IMG/VR virus record: IMGVR_UViG_3300027772_000010
Span: 1-64,000 of that record
From: a virus
DNA: 64,000 nt
Strand: one strand, 5' to 3'
The position numbers and the translations under genes were made by a program. This document shows positions 19,034 through 28,746 of the stretch, in pieces. Below the pieces are notes generated by a model. It worked only from the letters and a program-made list of their open reading frames with translations, searched no databases and was not told the origin of the DNA. Numbering within the stretch: position 1 is the first letter of the stretch; each line of letters opens with the position of its first letter.

Positions 19034-20059
19034 TTATGAACAAACTCCTAAAAATTGAATAGGAATACCTGCAATATAAGATGGTTCTATATTTATTGAT
19101 GTTGGATTAGGGTTTCCTATAGTTGAAGTAAAAGTTCCTGTTGCAGTAGAATCTACAGTAAATGGATGAGAATGTTCTCCTGAAGACCCTACTAATGCAT
19201 TTGACTTATATAAAGAACCTGATTCAGGATCTTGCATACCTAAACTAGTATTACACATATCTGCATTTCCATCAAAAATACCAGGAGTCCCACAATTTCC
19301 TAAGTTATCTCCTTCTATCATTATTTGATGTCTATGATTACCTGCTAAATCAGTGTTTCCTGTAAAATTTAAACTAAAGTCTGCATCTACATCCAAAGGT
19401 ACTTCTGGAATATTACTTGGTATTAAAGTTATAGTATTAGATCCACCTGTTGTACAACATCCAATACAATCATATTTTAAATATCTGCCACAAACATTTA
19501 TTGTAGGATAAGAAATACCATTAATGATATGAACATATCCATTAGCTATAGCCCACCCACTTAATCCTGCAGAAGCTAATCCTAACCCATTAGAAGTAAA
19601 ATCACCAATAGCTCCAAAATAAGGAAGTATAGTTTTTTTAGGAACAAATGCTCCTAATTGAAATGTTTTACTAGTAGGAGTTTCATTAACTGTAACTCCA
19701 TTACAAGCTGTAACATTAATAATTTTATTTGAAGGAGAATTATTTACTTGATTTTGTAAAGCAGTTAATTGAGTATTTAATGTTTGTAGTTGAGTACAAA
19801 AAGCAGACTCAGTATCTAAAATACTTTGTAGTACTGTTAATAAAGAAGTTTTAATTAAATTAATACAAGGACTGTTTTCTACTAAACTTGACATGTCTAA
19901 TTGACTTTGGAGTATTCCAATACAATTATCAAACTTAGCAATTACAGATGTAAGTAATTCACCATTAGTAATAGTGTTACCATTACATATAACTAAATCA
20001 GGTCCAGAGTAATGAATTAATCCAGTATTGCTTTCTAAAGGGTTACAGTCTACACACAT
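19034..20059 (-). CDS. Tail fibre/collar-type protein with HxH motifs
   Basis: 'GWAIANG', 'TGGSNTITL', 'GNHRHQI', 'GEHSHPF', 'NIEPSY', resembling collar plus metal-binding fibre-tip domains. Confidence 0.65.
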   Translation of the reverse strand: MCVDCNPLESNTGLIHYSGPDLVICNGNTITNGELLTSVIAKFDNCIGILQSQLDMSSLVENSPCINLIKTSLLTVLQSILDTESAFCTQLQTLNTQLTALQNQVNNSPSNKIINVTACNGVTVNETPTSKTFQLGAFVPKKTILPYFGAIGDFTSNGLGLASAGLSGWAIANGYVHIINGISYPTINVCGRYLKYDCIGCCTTGGSNTITLIPSNIPEVPLDVDADFSLNFTGNTDLAGNHRHQIMIEGDNLGNCGTPGIFDGNADMCNTSLGMQDPESGSLYKSNALVGSSGEHSHPFTVDSTATGTFTSTIGNPNPTSINIEPSYIAGIPIQFLGVCS

Positions 20060-20080
20060 ATTTTTTATTTAATTACTTTA

Positions 20081-20088
20081 CAAACTTA
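20081..20088 (-). promoter_or_regulatory. Bacteroidota -7 element upstream of the fibre genes
   Basis: TAAGTTTG in intergenic DNA. Confidence 0.55.
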
Positions 20089-20106
20089 TGAATAAATTTT
20101 AAGTTT

Positions 20107-20715
20107 TTAATTAGTTTTTTCTATTAAATGAGTAATTGGTTTTAAGTCTAAACATTGAAGAGTAGTAAACACATCAAATTGGATATATTCATATTCAAAT
20201 GTTTCAGTATATAAATAAGATTCATTAGAAAAAATTTCATTAGTAATAGAATCATATTGAAAATTAAAAAATCCTAAGTAATTTGCGTTTTCTAATATTT
20301 CTAATACTTTTGCTACATCTGCTACAGTATTTATTTGACAATTTATCCATAAAGAATAAATATAAAAACCATCTATATTAGGTATTGCAGGTAATTGAAA
20401 TCTAAATTCTCTTGAAGTATCAATAGTTTTAGTAATTGTCTTCACTATTAATTCTACTTTATTTCCTACAATTCTATTAAATCTTTTAATAGTTTTAACA
20501 GAACCATCTTCATTACTAGTACAACTAAAAAATAACTTACTCATTTCTGGTAAGTTAAAATTATTTTCTAATAATTGTTTTGTATGAATTAATTTTTGTA
20601 ATTTATCTTTACAAGTCCTATATCCATAAGTTTCTGATCTACAAAAAGATTGTACTAAGTTTGAAATTTCAGTATCTAATTTACACAATAAATCTTTATA
20701 AGTACTTAACCTCAT
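20107..20715 (-). CDS. Hypothetical structural protein (possible tail hub component)
   Basis: 202-aa ORF in the structural operon; assignment from position only. Confidence 0.4.
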   Translation of the reverse strand: MRLSTYKDLLCKLDTEISNLVQSFCRSETYGYRTCKDKLQKLIHTKQLLENNFNLPEMSKLFFSCTSNEDGSVKTIKRFNRIVGNKVELIVKTITKTIDTSREFRFQLPAIPNIDGFYIYSLWINCQINTVADVAKVLEILENANYLGFFNFQYDSITNEIFSNESYLYTETFEYEYIQFDVFTTLQCLDLKPITHLIEKTN

Positions 20716-20723
20716 ATATTTAG

Positions 20724-21290
20724 TTATTTACAACCACAATCAATATTTAATACTCCTAATTTATACTGAAGACATGCATTTATTTCTGTAGCAGTTTCTT
20801 TTTTACAAAGGCTAGCAGAAGACTTTAGTCCTTCTCTATAAAGTTTTAATGTTTCAATATCTCTAGTTTGTTGAGTTAATTTACCTGTACAATCATTTTC
20901 ATTACAACAATTATTTTGTAATAATTCTAAAGTTTTTCTATCTATAGTACAATCTAATTGACAAGTATTATAATAACAAAAAGTTTCACTATTAGTTGTT
21001 ATAGGACTATTAATATTTATTTGTTGTTCTACAACTAATTCTAAAGTATAATATCCCTCTGCTATATCTTGTAGAGGTGCACTTATATTAGTTTGTTGGC
21101 CTAAATTCTTAGCATTTAAAGTAAGTTGTCCTTCAAATGGAATTAATAGTTGTATAGTTGTAGTTTGACCTGGATTTAATACATTAATATAAGTTGTTTT
21201 AATTGCACCTAATGTTAAATCATACTCAGAGGTATTATTTACATAAATATATTTGCAACTATGTTGACTAAATTCTAAATTTAAATTCAT
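20724..21290 (-). CDS. Hypothetical structural protein (possible tail hub component), Cys-rich C-terminus
   Basis: 188 aa; 'DIAEGYYTL' beta-sandwich then a helical Cys-rich tail ending CGCK. Confidence 0.45.
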   Translation of the reverse strand: MNLNLEFSQHSCKYIYVNNTSEYDLTLGAIKTTYINVLNPGQTTTIQLLIPFEGQLTLNAKNLGQQTNISAPLQDIAEGYYTLELVVEQQININSPITTNSETFCYYNTCQLDCTIDRKTLELLQNNCCNENDCTGKLTQQTRDIETLKLYREGLKSSASLCKKETATEINACLQYKLGVLNIDCGCK

Positions 21291-21291
21291 T

Positions 21292-21960
21292 TTATTGTGC
21301 TTTAAAGCTTTCGTATAAGTTTAATATTTCCTCTACAATAGGATCTCTATGGTTAGTTTTTAAAACTATTTTAGTGTAATTCTTTAATTCTTTTTCTTGT
21401 AAAAAATCTAAAAATTTAATACCAGTAGTAATTCCTTTACCCAAATCTATTTGGTTAATATCTCCACATAGCATCATCTTACTTCCTTTACCTAATCTTT
21501 CCAATACCATTTTTACCTGACTCTCAGTAGTATTTTGTACTTCATCCACTATAATTATAGCTTCACAAAATGTACTACCTCTCATATAAGCAAAAGGCTT
21601 TATTTGTATAGATCCTTCTTTTATCATACCATCTATCTTATCTTTCTTGTATAAAGAATAAAAATTTTGATAGATAGCTTGTACATAAGGATCTAATTTT
21701 TCTTCTAATCCCCCAGGTAAAAATCCTAATTTTTCTCCAGCTTCTACAGCAGGTCTTGTTATTATAATATGCTTTACTTGTTTTTTAAAAAACAAATCTA
21801 AAGCTACTTGACAAGATACTAGTGTTTTACCTGAACCAGCTTTCCCTGCAATATAAGTTATACTATTTTGAAGTATAACTGATTTTGCTTGTTTTTGTTC
21901 CTCATTTAAAGTAATTTGGAATCTTATATTTTTTTCTCTTTCATTTGCAAATTCTGGCAT
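21292..21960 (-). CDS. phoH: PhoH-family ATPase
   Basis: GKAGSGKT, 'TRPAVEAGEKLGFLPG', 'AYMRGSTF', 'DEVQN', 'GDINQID', 'HRDPIV'. Confidence 0.95.
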   Translation of the reverse strand: MPEFANEREKNIRFQITLNEEQKQAKSVILQNSITYIAGKAGSGKTLVSCQVALDLFFKKQVKHIIITRPAVEAGEKLGFLPGGLEEKLDPYVQAIYQNFYSLYKKDKIDGMIKEGSIQIKPFAYMRGSTFCEAIIIVDEVQNTTESQVKMVLERLGKGSKMMLCGDINQIDLGKGITTGIKFLDFLQEKELKNYTKIVLKTNHRDPIVEEILNLYESFKAQ

Positions 21961-21989
21961 AAAATAATTTTAAATTAATTTAAAATTAA

Positions 21990-22814
21990 TTAAAATGTTA
22001 CAGAAGTTACGTCAGCTGTCAAATCTGCTTGAACACTTAGACTTGGTTGGTCAGTAGTTGTTTGAGTTGCACTATCCCAAACAGATTTTGGTAAAGTTCC
22101 AGCACCTAAGAATAACCCAGCTGCTAAATCTAAATCTGCTTGTACAAAAGATTGAGATGCAATAATTAAAGTATCTACTGATGAAGGTAAAGCTGTTATA
22201 GCATACAAATCTCCACTTGCAAGTGCTGCTTGATTAAATACAATTAAATTATTTACAGTTGCACCTATATAAGGGCCTTGAATAGTAAAGTTTGAAACAG
22301 TAACTCCTGCATTACTACCACTTGTACTTATTAAAAATGAAGTAAAATTTGCTTTATCAGTAATTCCAGAAATAGCCCAATCATTTGAAAAGAACTTAAA
22401 ATTTAAAGGTAGGCATACATTAATAATTCCACAACAATCTAATACTTTTTCTATAATTGGTGTGAAGTTAATAGTCTCAACAGTTTTTGCAGGTCTAATA
22501 ACATCTGTAGTTATCCACCATTGTTCAGATAATCTAGAAGGACATAATGTAGTTCCTGTAAAACAGTTATAAACATCTAAAACTAATTTGTTTAGAGATT
22601 GCCAATTAGCACCTGGTTTTTTTCTACCATAAATTAAAGCAGATTTTCTTATAAAGTAATCTGATTTGCTAGCAAGTAACCCATTACAACAAGTTATTCC
22701 AAAACAAGAGAATATGTCTCCCACTAAGTCTGACATATTAATAAAGGCACCTTGATTGACAAGTTTATGTTGTCCTTTGTAAATTGTCTCTGAAATAATA
22801 TTTATTCTTTTCAT
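21990..22814 (-). CDS. Putative virion decoration protein, paralogue of 22853-24016
   Basis: Shared ~130-aa Cys-rich N-terminus (INIISExIYKGQ...QWWITTDVIRP...ETINFT). Confidence 0.55.
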   Translation of the reverse strand: MKRINIISETIYKGQHKLVNQGAFINMSDLVGDIFSCFGITCCNGLLASKSDYFIRKSALIYGRKKPGANWQSLNKLVLDVYNCFTGTTLCPSRLSEQWWITTDVIRPAKTVETINFTPIIEKVLDCCGIINVCLPLNFKFFSNDWAISGITDKANFTSFLISTSGSNAGVTVSNFTIQGPYIGATVNNLIVFNQAALASGDLYAITALPSSVDTLIIASQSFVQADLDLAAGLFLGAGTLPKSVWDSATQTTTDQPSLSVQADLTADVTSVTF

Positions 22815-22852
22815 TTTTTTATTTTTATTTAATTTTATAGTTATTATAGATT

Positions 22853-24016
22853 TTAAGGTATTACGTTATATCCTTTACTTATTAATATGCTTTCTAAATT
22901 TGTACCAGCTACAGAGTTAACATTACCTGTAAATTGAATAGCTGATATACCTACTGATAAACTATTTGCCCATGGTTCAGAAGCAACATATCCTGCAGTA
23001 GTTATTAAATTATTTTTTAACCTTAAATCTGTTAAACTAGTAGTTGGAAATAGTGTAGTTGGATTAAACTCTGTTAACAAATTATTATCTAAATCTAATA
23101 AAAAGATAGGAGAAGGAAGAGGATTAGTAGGATTAAATGTTACAATTTGATTATTTTTAAGCTCTAAGACCTGTAAACTACTTGGTAACGCAATTGTAGG
23201 GTTAAATGTTACTATTTGATTATTATTTAAATTTAATCCAGTCAAACCACTTGGTAAAGCAATACTTGGGTTAAAGTTTACTATTTGATTATTATTTAAA
23301 TATAAAGCACCTAATGTAGAATCTAAAGGAATAGTTGGATTAAAGTCTGTTAGCAAATTATTACCTAAATATAAAGTAAATAAATTATCAAAACCACTTA
23401 AAGCGTGAATAATTTCAAAACCATTCCCAAAAACTCCAAAATTAACAGTTGATCCCCCAGTAACATTTATATTTGCTTGAATTCTTGTAGGAGTATAATT
23501 AAAAGAAGTTACAGTAATATTAGTATAATCTGAGGAACCTAATATAAATGCTTCAAAAGAAGCTTGATCTGTTACTCCATTAATACGTGGCCAATCTAAT
23601 GCTGTTATATCAAAATTATAAACAGGTCCACAACAATCTAATATCTCACAACAAGTGAGAACTTTAATTATTATATTTGTAAAGTTGATAGTTTCAATAG
23701 TTTGTTTTGGCCTGATTACATCAGTAGTAATCCACCACTGTTCTTGGGTACTAGAACACAAAGTTGTATTTGCACAACAATTATAAACATCTAAAATTAA
23801 CTCATTTAAAGACCTCCAATTGGGTCCAGGTTTTTTCCTTCCTCTTAGTAAATAAGTTTTTCTAATAAAAAAATCTGCCTTGTTTTCACAACAAGGAATA
23901 CCAAAACAAGTAAAAATGTCATTGACAATGTTTGTTAAATTTACAAAGGAACCTTGATTAACTTGTTTTATTTGACCTTTATAAATTGCCTCTGAAATAA
24001 TATTTATTTTTTTCAA
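22853..24016 (-). CDS. Putative virion protein with C-terminal leucine-rich repeats (TTG start)
   Basis: Six ~23-aa repeats of LxxLxLxNNxI/LxxFNP; N-terminus paralogous to 21990-22814. Confidence 0.7.
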   Translation of the reverse strand: MKKINIISEAIYKGQIKQVNQGSFVNLTNIVNDIFTCFGIPCCENKADFFIRKTYLLRGRKKPGPNWRSLNELILDVYNCCANTTLCSSTQEQWWITTDVIRPKQTIETINFTNIIIKVLTCCEILDCCGPVYNFDITALDWPRINGVTDQASFEAFILGSSDYTNITVTSFNYTPTRIQANINVTGGSTVNFGVFGNGFEIIHALSGFDNLFTLYLGNNLLTDFNPTIPLDSTLGALYLNNNQIVNFNPSIALPSGLTGLNLNNNQIVTFNPTIALPSSLQVLELKNNQIVTFNPTNPLPSPIFLLDLDNNLLTEFNPTTLFPTTSLTDLRLKNNLITTAGYVASEPWANSLSVGISAIQFTGNVNSVAGTNLESILISKGYNVIP

Positions 24017-24110
24017 GTATTTATATTTTATATAGTTATTTAAAATAACATGTAAATTTAAAAAATAATTTTAAATTTATTGTTTTTAATTTTTATTTTT
24101 TTTTATTTAT

Positions 24111-24145
24111 AAAAAAATAGGTGGCAAAGAAATCTCTACCACCTA
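24111..24145 (-). terminator. Intrinsic terminator after the auxiliary capsid gene
   Basis: Minus strand AGGTGGTAGAG-ATTT-CTTTGCCACCT followed by a T run. Confidence 0.75.
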
Positions 24146-24200
24146 CCCACACAAAACAACAGATATATTAATTTAAATTAATATATTTTATTATTATAAT

Positions 24201-25361
24201 TTATGCAATACAATCAAGTTCAATTGTTTTTCCACAAGGTCCTGTAGTAACAAATGCATTTAGTACTCCTTCTACAGCTGCTTGAGTTACAGTATCTGTA
24301 TTAGGAACTAGAATTGTAGTTATAAACTTAGGTGCCCATTTTTGACTGTTAGCATCTTCATTAGTAGATGTTGACTGGTGTCCTAGTGAATATTGACAAT
24401 ATGATTTTTCACACTCTACTAGCAAATTTTTAGTTCTTGAAACTTCTAGTTGAGCATAGTAAGGAGCTCCTGTAGTTTCAACTTCATTGTTCAAACCATC
24501 AAAACCTGTACCACCTGGCATTTCCATATACTCTTCCCACTGCAAATCTGCACCTACTCCTTTAGGCATTGCTAGAGCAGCTAAATTTTGACTTACAAGT
24601 GTACTATTTGGTGCCCAACCTGAATTTAAAATAGTTTGGATAGAACCAATAGTGTATCTCTGCATAATGCTTTCAGCTGTAGGGAAACAACCACACTCTT
24701 GAGTATTAACTTTGAAAGTTATTGTAAATCCTGCAGCGTAAGTAATTCCATTAACTGTAAGACCACCGCCTGTAATAGTAGCAACTGAAGCTACATATTT
24801 TTTTAGTAATTCATTTCCTTGAATTTCTGCAATGAATTTATTTCTCAAATCATTTACATCTGGAGTATAATCACAATCACCATCACATGAAGGACAAACT
24901 TCTGATTGTACAGAAATCAATTCTACATGGAATCTATTTTCTGGATAGAAAAAGTTCAATGTTGGATCACGTAATTGAACACCAATTGCATAATTAGTAG
25001 AGCAATCAATACAAGAGAAATAAAATGAAGCAGTATTTGAGCTACCTGCTTGTGGAGCATCTACATTAGCATAATCAATAAGACATGAAGAAATATTTTC
25101 TCCATTACTTAGTCTTACTTTTTTAGACTTTGTAGCTTGACCAGTAACAGTACCTACACCTATTGCAATAAAAATTTCTTTTACTCCTACAACAGTAGAA
25201 GCATTTACTGCAGTATTAGTTGCAGTGTTAAAAAATCCAATTTGACCTGGAGCCAAATTGTACCATTTGTTTACTGCATCGTACAAAGCTGTACCAGTTG
25301 TAACAATAGCAGCATTTCCTTTGGTTGGAAGGAAAATAGTTTTTTGAATTCTAGTTGACAT
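24201..25361 (-). CDS. Auxiliary capsid/major structural protein (crAss-like)
   Basis: 386 aa; third gene downstream of the MCP; 'LAPGQIGFF' N-terminus; followed by a terminator. Confidence 0.6.
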   Translation of the reverse strand: MSTRIQKTIFLPTKGNAAIVTTGTALYDAVNKWYNLAPGQIGFFNTATNTAVNASTVVGVKEIFIAIGVGTVTGQATKSKKVRLSNGENISSCLIDYANVDAPQAGSSNTASFYFSCIDCSTNYAIGVQLRDPTLNFFYPENRFHVELISVQSEVCPSCDGDCDYTPDVNDLRNKFIAEIQGNELLKKYVASVATITGGGLTVNGITYAAGFTITFKVNTQECGCFPTAESIMQRYTIGSIQTILNSGWAPNSTLVSQNLAALAMPKGVGADLQWEEYMEMPGGTGFDGLNNEVETTGAPYYAQLEVSRTKNLLVECEKSYCQYSLGHQSTSTNEDANSQKWAPKFITTILVPNTDTVTQAAVEGVLNAFVTTGPCGKTIELDCIA

Positions 25362-25388
25362 AATTTATTTATTTAAAGTTTTTTAATA

Positions 25389-26096
25389 TTATATTTTTGA
25401 TATGTTTAAAATTTTATTTAATTGAGATTCAAAATCTATAGTGTTTCCGACATCTCTCATTGCAATTAATACTGCAATATCTATTATTTTGTTTGCTTGG
25501 AATGTAGAGTCAATTTCTATGTCTCTTTGAACTGCTGGAGTTCCATTAGGTAAGTTATAAGTTCCTCCTCCATTTAAAAAATCTACAGGATTACCTGGCC
25601 TTAAAGGCTTTCTGATATAAGTTAAAAATACTTTTTCTATATCAAAATCTTCATAATAAAGATATAATTTGTTTCCTGAAAGATCTAAATTTACTCTTTC
25701 AAAAGTAAATGAAGAATTAAACATAGGATCATTTACATATATATCATCTTTCTGAATAATGTAATTTTTTATTTTCTTTTTATTCTCACATTTTTCATTT
25801 TTACACAAAGAATATGATTCTAAATATCTATAATAATCATCAGGCAAATTTGCAGTATAATACTCATCAGTTACTTTAATGACAGGTATTTCTAGGTCTT
25901 TAATTTCTAACTGCCTAATGTCATCTCTGCGCTTTTGATTTAACTCTAATTGCTCACAAATATTTTCAACATAAATTATATAGGCCTCAAATATGTACTC
26001 ATCAATCTGAGGTATAAGAAAATTTGCATTTCTTAATCCATCTACTTTATTAGCGTGTTGTTTAAATTTATAGTGGGCTTCTTTTATAGAATACAT
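25389..26096 (-). CDS. Head-tail ring protein (crAss-like)
   Basis: 'QKRRDDIRQL', 'LPDDY', 'LTYIRKP', 'IIDIAV' motifs; two genes downstream of the MCP. Confidence 0.65.
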   Translation of the reverse strand: MYSIKEAHYKFKQHANKVDGLRNANFLIPQIDEYIFEAYIIYVENICEQLELNQKRRDDIRQLEIKDLEIPVIKVTDEYYTANLPDDYYRYLESYSLCKNEKCENKKKIKNYIIQKDDIYVNDPMFNSSFTFERVNLDLSGNKLYLYYEDFDIEKVFLTYIRKPLRPGNPVDFLNGGGTYNLPNGTPAVQRDIEIDSTFQANKIIDIAVLIAMRDVGNTIDFESQLNKILNISKI

Positions 26097-27010
26097 TACT
26101 TCATCTTAGCTTTTAAAGCTTCCTCTAAAGTCAACAATAATGCAGAATTTTCTGGTTTAGATAAGAAGTCTACAATATGTATTGTGTCAGTAGCAAGAGT
26201 CTCTCCATTAAATAATACTTTTGTACTTTCTTTTCTTAATATTGCATATTGAAACAACTGCTCTGTTAAAACTGTTAATTCTAATTTTGCTTTATTTTTA
26301 GGGTCTGATAATTCTAAGAATAAATCTTGTATAGCTGTTAGTGTTTCTCTAGAAGAATTTTCTGTAATTTTAGAGTAAAGTAAATCTTCTACAATAACTT
26401 CTTTTTCTTCACCTGTTAATTTTATTCCTAACGCTGTAGACATATTTTTCTTTTGAGTCTTAGTAAGTCCTTCAAATCTAGCATGTAGTTTACTAACTCT
26501 TTCTCTCTTAGTCTCTCTAACTATAGCATCTGCCTCTTCATCTGCAATAATCCATTCTGCTGTTGGGTGTTTTGACAAATTATTTTCTCCCACAATTGTC
26601 ATAGGGTCAGAAGTCATAATAGCATAAACTAATTCATCTAAAGGATTCTTTAAGTCTAATATACTTATATCTCTTCCTAGTTTTGCTTTGCAATTTTTAT
26701 TAGTAAAAAATGGATCTAATCTATTTGATGAATCTGCTTCTGAGATTTTTAATCCAGTTATTTCATCATTAAATCCTAATTTTTTTACTAAAGTATTTAT
26801 TTCTTCTTTAGTATATCTAGCATTAATAGGTCCTAAATTATATTGATAAGATGCCTTATCAAATCTAGGTCTAATAGTATTACTATTGGCTAAGAAGGCA
26901 TAGGTTTCTCCAATTTGTTTATAGGAGGGATCAATATTTACCTGCCAATGTTTATTTTTTAAAATATTAGGGTAAATTTTTACTTTCTGTGGTCTTGTTG
27001 TGTTTGACAT
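26096..27010 (-). CDS. Conserved crAss-like protein downstream of the MCP
   Basis: 304 aa; 'ILDLKNPLDEL', C-terminal 'VDFLSKPEN'; synteny. Confidence 0.55.
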   Translation of the reverse strand: MSNTTRPQKVKIYPNILKNKHWQVNIDPSYKQIGETYAFLANSNTIRPRFDKASYQYNLGPINARYTKEEINTLVKKLGFNDEITGLKISEADSSNRLDPFFTNKNCKAKLGRDISILDLKNPLDELVYAIMTSDPMTIVGENNLSKHPTAEWIIADEEADAIVRETKRERVSKLHARFEGLTKTQKKNMSTALGIKLTGEEKEVIVEDLLYSKITENSSRETLTAIQDLFLELSDPKNKAKLELTVLTEQLFQYAILRKESTKVLFNGETLATDTIHIVDFLSKPENSALLLTLEEALKAKMK

Positions 27011-27038
27011 ATTGTTTGTTTTTTTGTGTGTTTATGTT

Positions 27039-27095
27039 TAGTGTGAAGAATGGAGTTGAACCATTTCGAGTTAGATTCCTGTAATCTACTTCACT
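27039..27095 (-). ncRNA. Miniature tRNA-like structure (acceptor stem, one hairpin, T-arm); not a canonical tRNA
   Basis: Minus strand GTGAAG-[TAGATT acagg AATCTA]-actcga-[AATGG TTCAACT CCATT]-CTTCAC-ACTA. Confidence 0.55.
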
Positions 27096-27127
27096 ATAAA
27101 AAGGGGTGATTAGTGGGTTCACCCCTT
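27096..27127 (-). terminator. Intrinsic terminator after the major capsid gene
   Basis: AAGGGGTGA-9 nt loop-TCACCCCTT followed by a short T run. Confidence 0.75.
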
Positions 27128-27143
27128 GAAACCCTAAAGGAAT

Positions 27144-28721
27144 TTATTTTCCTCTCAACGCTGCAGGGATTAATTCCCCACACTTAGTAACATCTTTTAC
27201 AAGGATACCAGCATCTTCCATTCTGTGTACAGTCCAGAAGTCACCAGCATGAGACATTAATGCTCCTTGACTATTTCCATAAGGGTTAGATAAACCACCT
27301 GTGTAACCATAAGCAACATCTCTTGAAGATTTCAAATAAGCAATGTTTTTACCAAAGCCATCACCTAAACCATAGTTTATAAATGTAAATCTTGAAGATT
27401 CTGCTGGATAACCATTCTCATCTAGGATAGTGTTGAAAGTTACGTCATCATAAGCTTTCATGTGCATAACTGTCAATGAACCACCAAATTTCAATTTGTA
27501 TTGAGTGTATGGAGTTTCAGTATAAGACAATCCTGTTGGACCACCTGGTACCAATGAAGCACCATCAGTTTTGATGAAATAATCTTTCATATCTTTGAAG
27601 AAACCTTGAGTTATTTGATTGATAGCCTCATCAAACAATCTTAGTCCTATTTCACCTGTCCACATTACAACATTACGTTGGTCATAAGCTACTCTACCAA
27701 AGAATATATCTTGCAAAAAGTCTTTAACTAGACCTATTGTGAAAGTGTTATAAAATTCTCTATAACCATCTTCTAGTATTTCTTGAAGACCTGGACCTTG
27801 ATTAACATAGTAACCTGTAGACTCATCAACTACTGTAGAACTACTTCTTTGATACATCAAGTGAAGTTCTTTTTCCATTTCAAATTCTTTGTTGAATTTG
27901 ATTTCAGCAACTGAAGTAATATACATATTACCTTTGTTTTTAGAATTCATAGCAGTTGCAATTCTTTTTTGGAATGCATCTGTAGACTCTCCTGCTTTTC
28001 TTCCTGCAAGAATCAACAAATCAGCTTCAGTTAAGTTACCATTCAATTTTCTTTGAGCAGCATCTCCTGTCATTTGATATTGTTTTCTGAATCTAGAAAG
28101 ACCAGAACGGAATTTAATTTTTCCAATTGAATCTACACTCATTGAACCACCTTTTACAGAGCCTTCAGAATAAGTAGAAGCAAGTTTCATAATTCTTGAT
28201 CCAATAACAAATAGATCAGTTGGTACAAATAATGTAGGATCATCTGTCATCAATTTAACTGTGTAAATTGTTGCAGAACCATCTTTTTGACCAGCAGCCA
28301 TAACACGCATGTTATATTTTTTGCTGTCAGTAAATACTAGAGTATCTCCTTCAACATAAGTACCTAGGTCAATTTTAATTTTAAATGGTCTTTGAGCAAT
28401 ACCTTTAGTAGTATTACCTGATTCAACATCCTCTACAATAAGAGATGGTCTATAACCTGATACCATGAATTCCCATTCTACTTTGTTTCCATCTACAGTA
28501 ATAGTATCTGCACCTTGAGCTAGTTCAAGCAAAGGAGCTGTACCATCAAATAAAGATTTCATTGAAGCTAGTTGGCCCATACCACCTAATGCCTCTGTAT
28601 CTGTTTTAATCAAACCTGCTTGGTAAAGATTATTTAGGTTGGTATAATTCATACCCCAGTTACGATCTCCCGTAAGCATTGGAGCTTTGATAATACCAAA
28701 TTTACTTTGTGATAATTTCAT
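27144..28721 (-). CDS. Major capsid protein (crAss-like)
   Basis: 525 aa; 'TYSEGSVKGG', 'GPGLQEILE', 'MWTGEIG', C-terminal 'GILVKDVTKCGEL'; follows scaffold and portal. Confidence 0.9.
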   Translation of the reverse strand: MKLSQSKFGIIKAPMLTGDRNWGMNYTNLNNLYQAGLIKTDTEALGGMGQLASMKSLFDGTAPLLELAQGADTITVDGNKVEWEFMVSGYRPSLIVEDVESGNTTKGIAQRPFKIKIDLGTYVEGDTLVFTDSKKYNMRVMAAGQKDGSATIYTVKLMTDDPTLFVPTDLFVIGSRIMKLASTYSEGSVKGGSMSVDSIGKIKFRSGLSRFRKQYQMTGDAAQRKLNGNLTEADLLILAGRKAGESTDAFQKRIATAMNSKNKGNMYITSVAEIKFNKEFEMEKELHLMYQRSSSTVVDESTGYYVNQGPGLQEILEDGYREFYNTFTIGLVKDFLQDIFFGRVAYDQRNVVMWTGEIGLRLFDEAINQITQGFFKDMKDYFIKTDGASLVPGGPTGLSYTETPYTQYKLKFGGSLTVMHMKAYDDVTFNTILDENGYPAESSRFTFINYGLGDGFGKNIAYLKSSRDVAYGYTGGLSNPYGNSQGALMSHAGDFWTVHRMEDAGILVKDVTKCGELIPAALRGK

Positions 28722-28746
28722 ATTAATTTATTTTATTTTTAAATAG

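Noticed and set aside
12270-24016. Diversity-generating retroelement acting on the fibre genes
   Set aside because: No reverse transcriptase and no adenine-variant repeat pair seen; the similarities are N-terminal paralogy.
27039-27095. Canonical tRNA gene
   Set aside because: Only ~52 nt, one arm missing, no 7-nt anticodon loop; kept as a tRNA-like element instead.
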